Assembly: GCF_964355755.1 (NCBI RefSeq)
Contig: NC_092679.1
Span: 13,499,432 to 13,563,431, forward strand
DNA: 64,000 nucleotides
Direction: 5' to 3'
Source: Antedon mediterranea
Taxonomy: Eukaryota > Animalia > Echinodermata
Shown here in pieces: positions 41,101-51,700 of the stretch. The stretch's first letter is position 1, and every line of letters starts with the position of its first letter. Under the pieces are notes generated by a model. It was not told where the DNA came from, did not search any database, and saw only the letters and a program-made list of their open reading frames with translations. The translations under genes were made by a program, and so were the position numbers.

Positions 41101-44100
41101 ATAAAAATAAAACCATCATGTCGCTATAAACTATGTTCAAAAGCAAATATGTTTAATTATATAATATTATATTATATATTGTATTCTTGCAATTAATTGG
41201 TTTATCACATGTCATTTGGAACTAGCCCTACCTGTGATAAGTGATAATGCGTTCTAATGCATGTAGTTTTCAATAAACATTTTGAGAATTTTTGCTATGC
41301 GATCATCAGTTAACTGTAATCAACTTGTTGTGCGCACTGTCTATAAATGTTCTAATCCATGTCTAAAGTTAGAGCCCTGCCTTTTAAATGGCCTAGGTTC
41401 CAGCCTAGCATTCCTCAATGATTTACAATGGATAAATTGAATAAGGTAGGTGTGTAATTAAACAAATAATGAATGTTTTTTATTCGTTGGTTGGAGAGAA
41501 TATTTAATTGGAAGAGAAATTGACTGCTCTATTTCAACTCGGCTTCCGCCTTGTTAAAAATAGAGCAGCCAATTTTTCAATACATGAAATATTCTCACAT
41601 CCAAATCATAAAACATTCATTATTTGTATACCAAACATGTGCATTAGGAAAAACCCTGGCACTACAGACATATAGACAAAGTTAATAATGTAATACCATG
41701 CTACAGTGCACTAACCTTACCTGACTAACACATAGAATTTCAAACTGCTTGTCTTTGACACTTTTACACCATCGTTTACCACCATCGTCATCAAATACAC
41801 GCAAATTTAAAACCTTTCTTGCACTGAAAAAAAACTCAATTAAATGTTAAAATACTGAATAAAACTATCTGTAACACATAGCCTTTATTATAGACCATTG
41901 CTATACCGTGGTCTAACCTGTAAAATTAAAGCCTCCTCAAAAGAAGTCTTGAACTGTCTTAAACCTCTGTTTATGTCAACATAGCATCGCCGATACAGAC
42001 CTTGGTATTATTTATTGTGAAATACAATGTACAAGACATTGAACAAGTTTGGATGATGCATAATAACGATGATCTTATATAGAAAGATAGATTTTCTCAC
42101 ATAGAAACGTATGTACTGTTTTTGTGGCTTGAGCAAGCATGACAAACATTACCTTATTTGGTATTCTACACAAACAGTGCGCCCTCAATTTGTCACTTTT
42201 CACGGCCTTAGCGAAGACTGTTTTATAGCAATGGTCTAACAGTGGTGGCTTTAATAAGACCATCTATCTGATAAAGTCGGCTTTAATCGGGGAGTTAAGA
42301 CCATCAGTTAAGACTGTTTTATAGCAATGAACTAACAGCGGTGGCTTTAGTAAGACCGTCTATCTGATAAAGTCGGCTTTAATTGGGGATTTAAGACCAT
42401 CAGTTAAGACTGTTTTATAGCAATGGCCTACAGCGGTGGCTTTAATAAGACCATCTATCTGATAAAGTCGGCTTTAATCAAGGAGTTAAGACCATCAGTT
42501 AAGACTGTTTTATAGCAATGGTCTACAGCGGTGGCTTTAAGACCATCTATCTGATAAAGTCGGCTTTAATTGTCAGTTAAGACTGTTTTATAGTAACCCG
42601 CTCCTGATCATTACTTACATGTATTCTCTTTCTTTAGGTGTATCATCTTTTGTAATTCCTACCAGAACACATAATCCACGTCCAATTGAACTCACCAGTT
42701 CACCACCAACTAAAACATGAAAGTACTGTATGTTAAATAGGAAAAACTGAAGACATAGCAGGGTTTGAGACTAGTTAAGCATCTCTACTTGATATTATGC
42801 ACAATTTCAATTGTATGACGCACTATACAACCGGGAGAGGTGAATAATTTGTCTGATGTTGTTTGTGCTTCATACTTATGTATGACCATGATGCACACCT
42901 GCATAACAAAAATACTTACCTTTAAGTGAGAAAGGCGAACACATTTTAAAACTAGAAAGCCACTCCGAGAGGGCATACCTCCGCCTACTGTAAAATTCTC
43001 CTACATAAGATTTCTCCGGTAAAAAAAAAAATATATATATATTTGTGTGTGTCTTAATGCTGTTTGTGATTTAGGCTAATTTCATTACAAGCATGTGTAT
43101 GCGAGTTTGGTGTAATGGTTATGTAACAAGCCTTTCAATTAACAATAGCTTCAGTTGACTAATAATAGAACAGCAACGCGAAAATCAAACGAGTGAATTT
43201 GAAAAGAAATAGGTTTTTTAAACTACTCGCATCAAAAAACGTGCACATTAAATCAAATTATGTTTTAAAATTACAAATCACAAATTCTAACTCTTGCCTC
43301 TTGTTAAAAAATGAAGTTTTTTGGACAAGTAGTTCTCGAGAAAATGCAATTTCAGTTTACTTGTTACTTTAAGACTGCTCGCCGGCTTTTGAAAAATTCT
43401 GTCCTATCTTTTAACACTAGCAGGTCTAAAAAAGTATAATAAAAAGTGGTCCAGAATTGGGACTGTGGTCCCAAAATTTAATGGAATGGTCCTTGACCAC
43501 ATATCTATCTGTCTATTCATTTTGGTAAAGATCTTGTAATTACTTTGAGTAATCCTGCTAACAAACAAACAAACAAACACACGCTACCGATTACATATAC
43601 CTCCTTGGCGGAGGTAAATTAGTAACGGACCGTAAAGAACAATGACGCACCATGACTCTCCCTTTGACGTTTCTTCAATGATTAATATTTGTCCAGGCTT
43701 GGCCCGTGGTGAGTGATGGACATTGACTCACCATTTAGATTTTTCGGACTCGCCGAGATACGAATTCAAGATCTTGACAACAGGGTACTGTACTCGCTAT
43801 GTATTTTGTATATTATTATTTAGAGATTTTCAAAAATGTCATGTGTGTATGTACTATGTTTGATGCTCAATTTGAAATTGCGGCTTGAAATTGCGCAAAT
43901 CGTTCAAATTGTGCACAACATACATACTGTACATGCATAGACTAAACCCACAATAACATTTTCAAGAAGAGAATCAACCCTCCTGGTTCCATATCCTCAT
44001 CACTAGCTACACCACCAGCTCGTCAATCGAATCAAAAAAATATAATATAAGCCTACATCACATATTGTAAGTAAGCATTTTACCTTTAACCGACCAATCA

Positions 44101-44484
44101 GAACTGAGAGTTGACGTCTTGCTCTACTCAAATAAATGTATTCGATAGATATCCACTTCCGTGCATACAAAGCCTCTCACTAGATTTTTTTACTGAGGGG
44201 TGTTATATTATAAGACCATACCATACTGACAAGTAAGAGCATGCAGGTGAGGCAGCCAGAGTGTGGGCTGGGCTGATCTGATTGATGGATGCTGATCAGT
44301 CTGTCTGGCTGACTGACTGACTGAGTCCATATGCATGGAGGGAGAGGTATTATACCTCCATCATATGGTGAGTCTGTGTCACTAAAAAAATCAATTAAAC
44401 TAAATCCAGTGAGTGAATTTTTCGTTCTTATTTAACGTTACCTGATACACTGGCCTTCGTGACACGTTGTATTACTACTTTCAT
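38134..44484 (-). CDS. DTD1: D-aminoacyl-tRNA deacylase 1, catalytic exons 1-5 (44442-44484, 42619-42709, 41721-41823, 40420-40552, 38134-38261)
   Basis: GT-AG exons with compatible phases splice to MKVVIQRVTKASVSVGGELVSSIGRGLCVLVGITKDDTPKEREYIARKVLNLRVFDDDGGKRWCKSVKDKQFEILCVSQFTLYAILKGNKPDFHCAMPGEKSKLFYEEFLQLLGKDYKPELIKDGQFGAYMQVHIENDGPVTIQIDSPIADAVEETPKKPSTLERK. The DTD family motifs SQFTL and NDGPVT (Gly-cisPro) are intact. Exon 5 ends in a phase-0 donor with no stop codon. Confidence 0.96.
38343..38582. mobile_element. Degraded MITE
   Basis: Inverted GGTTCGGTCCGGTGCCCTGAGAAAAATAT / ATATTTTTCTGAGGGTGCCGTACCGAATCC; ends approximate. Confidence 0.55.
39594..39753. mobile_element. Short (~130-160 bp) MITE family member
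   Basis: TIR-like CTGTCTACACTATCA / TGATAATGTAGACA. Further copies at ~47060-47190, ~50390-50517, ~61233-61370. Confidence 0.75.
41458..41630. repeat. Palindromic non-autonomous element (Crypton-like, tentative)
   Basis: Imperfect foldback ACAAATAATGAATGTTT ... AAACATTCATTATTTGT with a central hairpin around CAACTCGGCTTCCGCCTTGTT. Confidence 0.5.
41887..42606 (-). mobile_element. Truncated Harbinger-like MITE with an internal ~96-bp tandem expansion (~4 units, 42214-42600)
   Basis: Reverse complement of the 45164-45693 element; unit AAGACTGTTTTATAGCAATGGTCT...GACCATCAGTT repeated. Confidence 0.85.
43150..43618. mobile_element. Helentron-associated (HINE/DINE-1-like) non-autonomous element, tentative
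   Basis: (ACAA)n microsatellite followed by terminal hairpin ACCTCC-TTGGC-GGAGGT (43599-43615); left boundary uncertain. Confidence 0.5.
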
Positions 44485-44676
44485 CTTTGTTTAGTTCGAA
44501 ATGATGATAAAAAACAGATTTGAATTGTGAAAGATAGAAAGATAAATACACCGGTACACCTTCTGGCTCACCTAAAGGTGACCTATTATATGGTTCGATG
44601 AGCAAAATCGTTGCGGATCATCAAAATTAAAATAAGAGGAAGTTCTTATTTTACAATTATCCAACTTTATGTCTAT

Positions 44677-44686
44677 TGCGCATGCG
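44677..44686. promoter_or_regulatory. NRF1-like site
   Basis: TGCGCATGCG matches the NRF1/Ewg core GCGCATGCG. Confidence 0.55.
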
Positions 44687-44695
44687 TTTTTGCTT

Positions 44696-44709
44696 ATTCC
44701 TATGGAAAC
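44696..44709. promoter_or_regulatory. RFX X-box motif
   Basis: ATTCCTATGGAAAC fits the ciliary-gene X-box consensus RTHNYY-WT-RRNRAC at every position and sits upstream of a ciliary gene. Confidence 0.7.
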
Positions 44710-45163
44710 TCAAGCTTTCGTTGTTTTTGTCTTCAGGTAAAGCCAATGTATGTAGAATTTTCACACTTTTATAGTTGCATAATATTTATTTATTTAAATG
44801 CATTGTAAACATATGTAATTACTTTAAGGGGTTATGAAATCCTATGTAATATTTATGTATGTAATCATTGAAAAAACGTTAATATATCTAGGCTACCGAG
44901 CCTACTACTCAGCTAATTGGGCAGGCCTAGCTAGCTAGTATGCACAGCAACCTAGATTTATAAGGACCACCAGGCGAATCAGAGACGTTTCGACCCACTT
45001 TAATAGGTTGAACCGAAAGATTGTTACTAGGCCCTAGGCATGTTGTATTTTCATTTCATTCAAGTTTTTTGTCTCCATAAAAATACAATTCATTTATAAA
45101 AATAAATAGGCTAGCCTAGATAGATAGATAAAAATCTATTTTTTACACTACAGAAAAGTTCAG

Positions 45164-45693
45164 GAGCGGATTGCTATAAAACAGTCTTAACTAATGGTCT
45201 TAACTCCCCGATTAAAGCCGGCTTTATCTGATAGACGGTCTTACTAAAGCCACCCCTGTTAGACCATTGCTATAAAACAGTCTTAGATAAGACCGCGTAA
45301 AGTAACAAATTGAGGGCGTACTTTGCGCGTAGAATACCAAATAAGGTAATGTTCGTCACGCTTGTTCAATTCACAATCATAACAGTACGTACATTTCTAC
45401 GCAAGAAAATCTATTCTAGGGCTATATAAGAATAAAATCACCGTTATTATTTGATTTAACACTTAAAACTCGTTCTATTGGTTGTCTTTGACGATAAATA
45501 ATACGTAAAAGCAACAAAAAGAGAGGTTTAAGACTGTTTTAAGACTCCTTCGAGTAGGCTTTAATTTTAAAGACCGTTTACAGGTTAGACCGCGGTATAG
45601 CAATGGTCTATAATGTAAGACTACTTGCTACGTCACGAATTATAGCCGGCTAAGCGTTAAGACCGGTTATAGACCGCTTATAGCAATCTGCCC
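45164..45693 (+). mobile_element. Harbinger-like MITE with CAG target-site duplication
   Basis: TIR GAGCGGATTGCTATAA / TTATAGCAATCTGCCC, with CAG at 45161-45163 and 45694-45696. Confidence 0.85.
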
Positions 45694-45724
45694 CAGTTGA
45701 TTAATTCCAAAACCTTGAAGAAAA

Positions 45725-48700
45725 ATGACTGACGAGGAAACAGTGAAGCAAAGATCTCCAGAACCAATCAATGTAACAGTTCTGAGAGCCAGAAATTTGG
45801 TTAGTAGTTACATAAATTAATACCATGTTGATGTTTATCTGAATGTTTTATATGATTGATTCGATTGTATTCAACTACTGATTGCAATAACTAAACAGTA
45901 ACAGTATTCTTATCTGATCTAGGCCCTAGTAAAAGATACTATTACTACTGGTCAACTTTTATATTGTGCTTTTACAGTAGAAATGTTTTTGCAAATATAA
46001 GAAGTAAAAAAACTGTTTATGGTCAAGTGCAATTATTTATTAGAATAAGAAAAGAACTGTTTAAATCGAATGTTATATAACAAATAGAACAAATTTTACT
46101 ATTAGTATTGTTATTTTTAAGAAAAGAAATGCATTCTTTCCTAAATAAATAAATTTCAGTAAGAGTTGGACTCTTCTGTTAACTAGCGATAGAAGTGGTG
46201 GTATACAGTGATATAATATAGTGTATTAGCCATGAGCTGTTTTATTTTATAAAATAAACAAACACATATATTTTGGTTTCAGCGTGGTAGTAAAGGAGAT
46301 GCGTTGACGTCACTAGTTCGTGTTGAATGCGGTACAAATGCGCTTGGAGAATCAAGTAAAGTTGACTCTAACGCTGATGTTGCCGCTGAGTATAACTTTA
46401 ACACAAAAATTGATTGTACTTTTGAAGACCCAGTTGTTCTTGATGAAATAGCATTTAAACCTATCCTTGGTAAGTTAAGTGGTCTAGCCACAAAATAGTT
46501 TTTAAACCTATATTTGGTAAGTTAGGTGGTCTAGACAGAAAATAGCATTTAACCCTATCTTTGGTAAGTTAGGTGGTCTACAGTAAACAGAAAATAGTTT
46601 TTAAACATATCCTTGGTAAGTTAGGTGGTCTAGACAGAAAATAGCGTTTAAACCTATCTTTGGTAAGTTAGGTGGTCTAAACAGAAAATAGTTTTTAAAC
46701 ATATCCTTGGTAAGTTAGGTGGTCTAAACAGAAAATAGTGTTTAACCCTATCTTTGGTAAGTTAGGTGGTCTACAGTAAACAGAAAATAGTTTTTAAACA
46801 TATCCTTGGTAAGTTAGATGATCTAGACAGAAAATAGCGTTTAAACCTATCTTTGGTAAGTTAGGTAGTCTAAACAGAAAATAGTTTTTAAACATATCCT
46901 TGGTAAGTTAGGTGGTCTAAACAGAAAATAGTTTTTAAACATCCTTGGTAAGTTAGGTGATCTAAAACTGTAGACATATCTGCTGTAAGTTTCGTGGTCT
47001 AGTGAATATTATAAATTTGACACTATTTTTCTATAATAGCATGTTTGACTGTGCATCTAAAGGTCTGCCTACACTATCAAACTTTATGTGACAAAAAAAA
47101 TGTGGTGTCCCCAATAATGTCATATCACTACCATATTTGGGCACATCACACATTTGTTGTCATTGAACTAGTTTGATAGTGTAGACAGCTTTATGTCATG
47201 TTCTATTTCAGTATGGTCGACCATGTGCCTAATGGCCTGCATTTAATTGATGTATGATCGATACAGTAATATCCTCTACATCAAAATGACTATAATTGGC
47301 ACAGTTTACTGTACCAATAGTAAATACTAATTTACACGCACAAAATGGGTACACTGACATATTCTAGAAGTACTGTACCTGATATGGAATAGTATCCCAT
47401 CCAATGGAAGTTATTGTACAGTATATTCTGTTTTCTATGGCACCAAACTTGGAATAGGTTCCAGTCCTAGCCATATGTTTCCCTTAAATGTGTAATGTAA
47501 ACATTTAAAATTTTAATTAAAAAAACTTTCACTTTCTTTTTTTAGTCACTCTTGTCGAGGTTCTTCCCAAAGAGAAGAAACAAAAGGAAGAGCGAATAGC
47601 GCTGCTTGGACAATGTACTGTTGACCTCCTTCCAGTTTTAAAGGGTGAAGTCAAGTATAAGAGTACACTCATTGTTCACCCACTTGCAGGATCACCATTC
47701 GAAAACCTTCCCCCTGATAGCCCAAAGGTATGGTAGGCATCATTTAGTGTGCATACAAGTGTATCATTTGAATAGTGGGGGGTTTTATCTTTGTTGGCTG
47801 TACATTGAATAAAATTAAAATGACCCCATAATTAAAGTTGTTGAACTGATTTCCTCCATGCACATTTTGACAGGCATTTGATAAATTAATATATATAGGC
47901 ATATCAATTTGATCTCTGTCGCATGTACATATATGGTGTTTAAGAAGCAAACTTATAACATTCAAGAATCTGAAATAGGGAGGCCCCAGGCACTAAGTAT
48001 TTGATCTATAGGGTCCCACCCCTCACCTTGGGCGAAGTGAATTTAGGTAAATGATATCCCTAGATGGTCGGAAATGGTACTCTTGACAGTGTTTTGACTT
48101 TTTTCTTTTGACTGATTTAATTTCAAACCACCCAGTGATATACTGCAAATTTATCAATTAATTTAAGGTAAAAATTAAAAAATTTGATTTATTACATTTT
48201 TGGTCACTTTTTTAGCCGGAGTTGGATGTGGTAATCTCTGTGAATGAACCATTGTTGACCAATGACCAGTTGCAAGAGAGCAACCTGATGACAGTGACGG
48301 TTGAAGCTGCTTATTCAGTACCAGAAGCATGGAACCCAAGTGGTGCACATTTTCTTTACAATGTCACACTACCAATGCCAATAACGCATGATGTAAGGTT
48401 CATATTTTTCTGTGACATTTCAGGGCCAAAATCCACTAGTACAGTTGGTAAGGTTTTAACCTGACCACTTTTTCTCAGAGGCCTTTGATAACCTTGTGGC
48501 CTGCACAGAGATTGTTCTTTTTTCTTGCGATCACTACTGCTAATGAAATATAACATACTGTACTATAGAATATCGTAAATAAATTCACAATATGTTTTAG
48601 AATAAAAATAATAAAACTAATGCATTTCTGTTAATAGAGAGAAACAACCGTGGTTTTATCCAATGGTGTCTTGAAGTCTGCGTCTGACAAAGATCAACCA

Positions 48701-51700
48701 TCGAAACAGAAGAAATGGGCAGCTCCAGGTGCAGCCCAGGGAGCTGCTGTTTATATTACCGACCAGTAAGTATATATCTTCTACCTTCGAACACAAGGCA
48801 CACAGAACTCTAGTCAAACTGTTAGCAGCAATTCCATGTCTACAGATAATGACAGCGATTTTTAGTTGTCCTGTTTATCTGTTCATTTTCACTTCTTTTC
48901 TAAATTTAATAATTGACCATTATTTCTCATTTTTAGATTTGTGCAATCAATTAATTATGATGAGGAAGACGGTGAACTCAATGGCAAAGAGGTTGGTTTT
49001 TACTTATTACTGCACTTATTATAAAAAAAAACCTATTTATTGATTACCTACCATACTTTATTTCCTATTCTTATTTTTTTAATTTTAAAAGGATCGTGAC
49101 TTTCGAATCGAAGTTGAAACAGAAAAGAACCGCGTTATTTGGAACAGCGAAAGAAGATGTTATATGGATAAAACAGCAATCCAAAGGTAAAATCTCAATA
49201 CACACACAATGAATCACTGTATTAGACCTGAAACAGCTGTTTAAGTGAACAAATAATGATAATGAAAACAGCTTTTTTAAAAAAATGAATAATTTTCTCT
49301 TAAACAACAAGTGACATATTGTTTTTTTATTAGTATATCACAATATACTTGGACTGATGCACAGTATTTTCTGCTATATTTCTTACCTTCTCACAAAATG
49401 TAGAACATTAATTTGTAGTTCATATTCTAAAGCAGCTAAAAACTATAGTATAGCTGTCCTTTTAACACCCTAATTAGGGGATACTTAATACATGTTTTAA
49501 CACTATTCCAACCCCTATTAAAGGTCACTGACGGGTCCTGCAGGTATGCCCTTGATCAAGGCTCTACTGTAATCTAAACAAAATCAGTAATCTTTATCTT
49601 GTCTATTTTAGCCTCCAAAGTAAGATTGCGCAGACAAGAGTTTGGCCAGTTGAGATAATGAGAACACCTATGCCTGCTGCTGCCAAAGCTAAAGGCAAAG
49701 ACGAGGACAATCCAATTTACTTTCATGGAATTTCATATGTGAATTTTGCACCATTGCTATACCCTGGAGGTTAGTAGACAAATATAAAACACACATACGT
49801 ATATCTATGCCATTTGATTGGTTGATGTTGTATCACTTGCCATGCATTATGGTAATATTTCATGCTTCTGTTGATGACATAGGCTCGTGAATAATGCTCA
49901 ATCAAAATTCAACCTGTAGTATACAAAAAAAGAATGTTTATGTGTGAGAATATTTTATGAGACAAGTTAAATAGAATAGTCAATCTTTTAAAAAACATTC
50001 ACTATTTGTTTTATATACACCTACTGTTCTAATATAAACTTACATTCTATGACCTCATCTTGAATTATCATCCTAGGAAGCTAGGCCATTCAAAAAGGCA
50101 GCGCGCCAATTTGAATTAGGAAAGGTGACGATCACTAGAGTTTAATTATCAGCTGTCGAGAGGTGGACACTTGTTAAATTCTTGGATTCTATATATCATT
50201 TGATAAAGTTATTGTTCTTTATTTCAGTTAAAAAGATCAGAGGTGCATTTAGAATACATTCTTTCAATGACCAAGAACTATGTGAAAAGGTACATATATA
50301 TACAAGTCTCTTTAATGTAATGCATGGCTGGCATGTTTCTAATTAAGAATTATTCATTATTTTAAGTTAGTTTTTTCCCTTTCACTTCTTAAGCTCAGCC
50401 GACACTAAAAAAGTGTGATGTGCCCAAATATGGTAGTTGTATGAAATCATGTCCATATATTGGGCACATCACCTTTTTTTTTGTCACATAAAGTTTGATA
50501 TTGTTCACAGAGCTTTAAGGCATAAAGACATGAGCTGGCACTTATTTGATAAATAGCATAGATGTCTGCTATCAAAACAATTAAGAATCTAAATTACAAA
50601 TAAAAAGAGAATCTAAAACGTGTTTTGTAATTGTTACTTAGACCAAGCGCAAAGGTGGTTTAGCTGAAGAAGCTGTCCGGTTGGCTACTGCTATGCATAG
50701 AAATGCTTCACCATTTGTGAAAGCAGCTGGCAAAGCAGGCAAAGATGATAAGGCAGCCAAAGACCCAAACAAGAAGGTAAAGTATACAAATCTTTAGTAC
50801 CAGTTGTGGAAACAGTTCTGAAAATTGCAATGTCAGATTCACTTTTCCCAAAATGCTGAGTTTTCGCATCAGGACGGAAAGCGTAATGAGACGTTCAGTG
50901 TGTCTTCCCTCCTGTTGTTAAATGGTTTTCCTATAAGCAATGATGGTAAGCCTTGTCCTAGGCCGCATACCTCGTACACTTGACGGGCATGTTTGAGTAG
51001 GTTCTGCATTGTAAATCCTAATAAAACCTTATAGCTTGGAAAGTCTATTGTTTGAAAGAGTTACTTATATGAAACTGTGGAAATTCAGATTAAGCTATAT
51101 ATACCAAGTTCTTTATTGTTTACATGAACATTGTAAGTATACAGGTTTATGTCCCATCAGTGGGCAATGAGAGTAAACTAACTTGCCTAAGAATACAAGC
51201 AATATGGCACAGACATGTCTTTCACATGCTAGTGTGATATCCCTTACCTTTATGTCATATCGCTCTAAGGATCTTCCTCCAAAAGTAAAACTTATTCCAA
51301 GAAAAAGTTACTTAGGTTTTCTTGACAAATCTTTACAGCAACCTTCCTCAATGTTAAAGACAGCACCAGCTTCTGAAACTGTTGTAGAAACTGAGATACC
51401 ACCACAACAGAATCTAGAAGGTCAACAGTATGATGAGGCTAGAAGCTACATTTTTCTTGAGTTCTCATTGGATAAGCCTATAGTACCAAAGCGAGAGCCA
51501 GAAGAATTAGCAGAGAAGTAAATATAATGTCATTATTAGTTCCTTTTCATGCCATTGGGACATTATGCCACTATTTGGTTTCCATAACAAAATGATTCAA
51601 CTAGCAGCGTTGTTTGGCCACTGCTGTGATAAACACAAGGGGCTAAAGCTGAAGCTGTCTTTAATAGGGATTCTACTACTGTACTTAACTAAACTTTCTT

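Larger units (their letters stand above)
44485..44740. promoter_or_regulatory. Putative bidirectional promoter shared by DTD1 and CFAP70
   Basis: Lies between the DTD1 ATG and a likely non-coding CFAP70 first exon ending at a donor CAG|GTaaag (44736). Contains TGCGCATGCG (44677-44686) and an X-box. Confidence 0.7.

Noticed and set aside
46446-46966. CRISPR-like periodicity (also 60121-60940)
   Set aside because: Plain tandem repeats without spacers.
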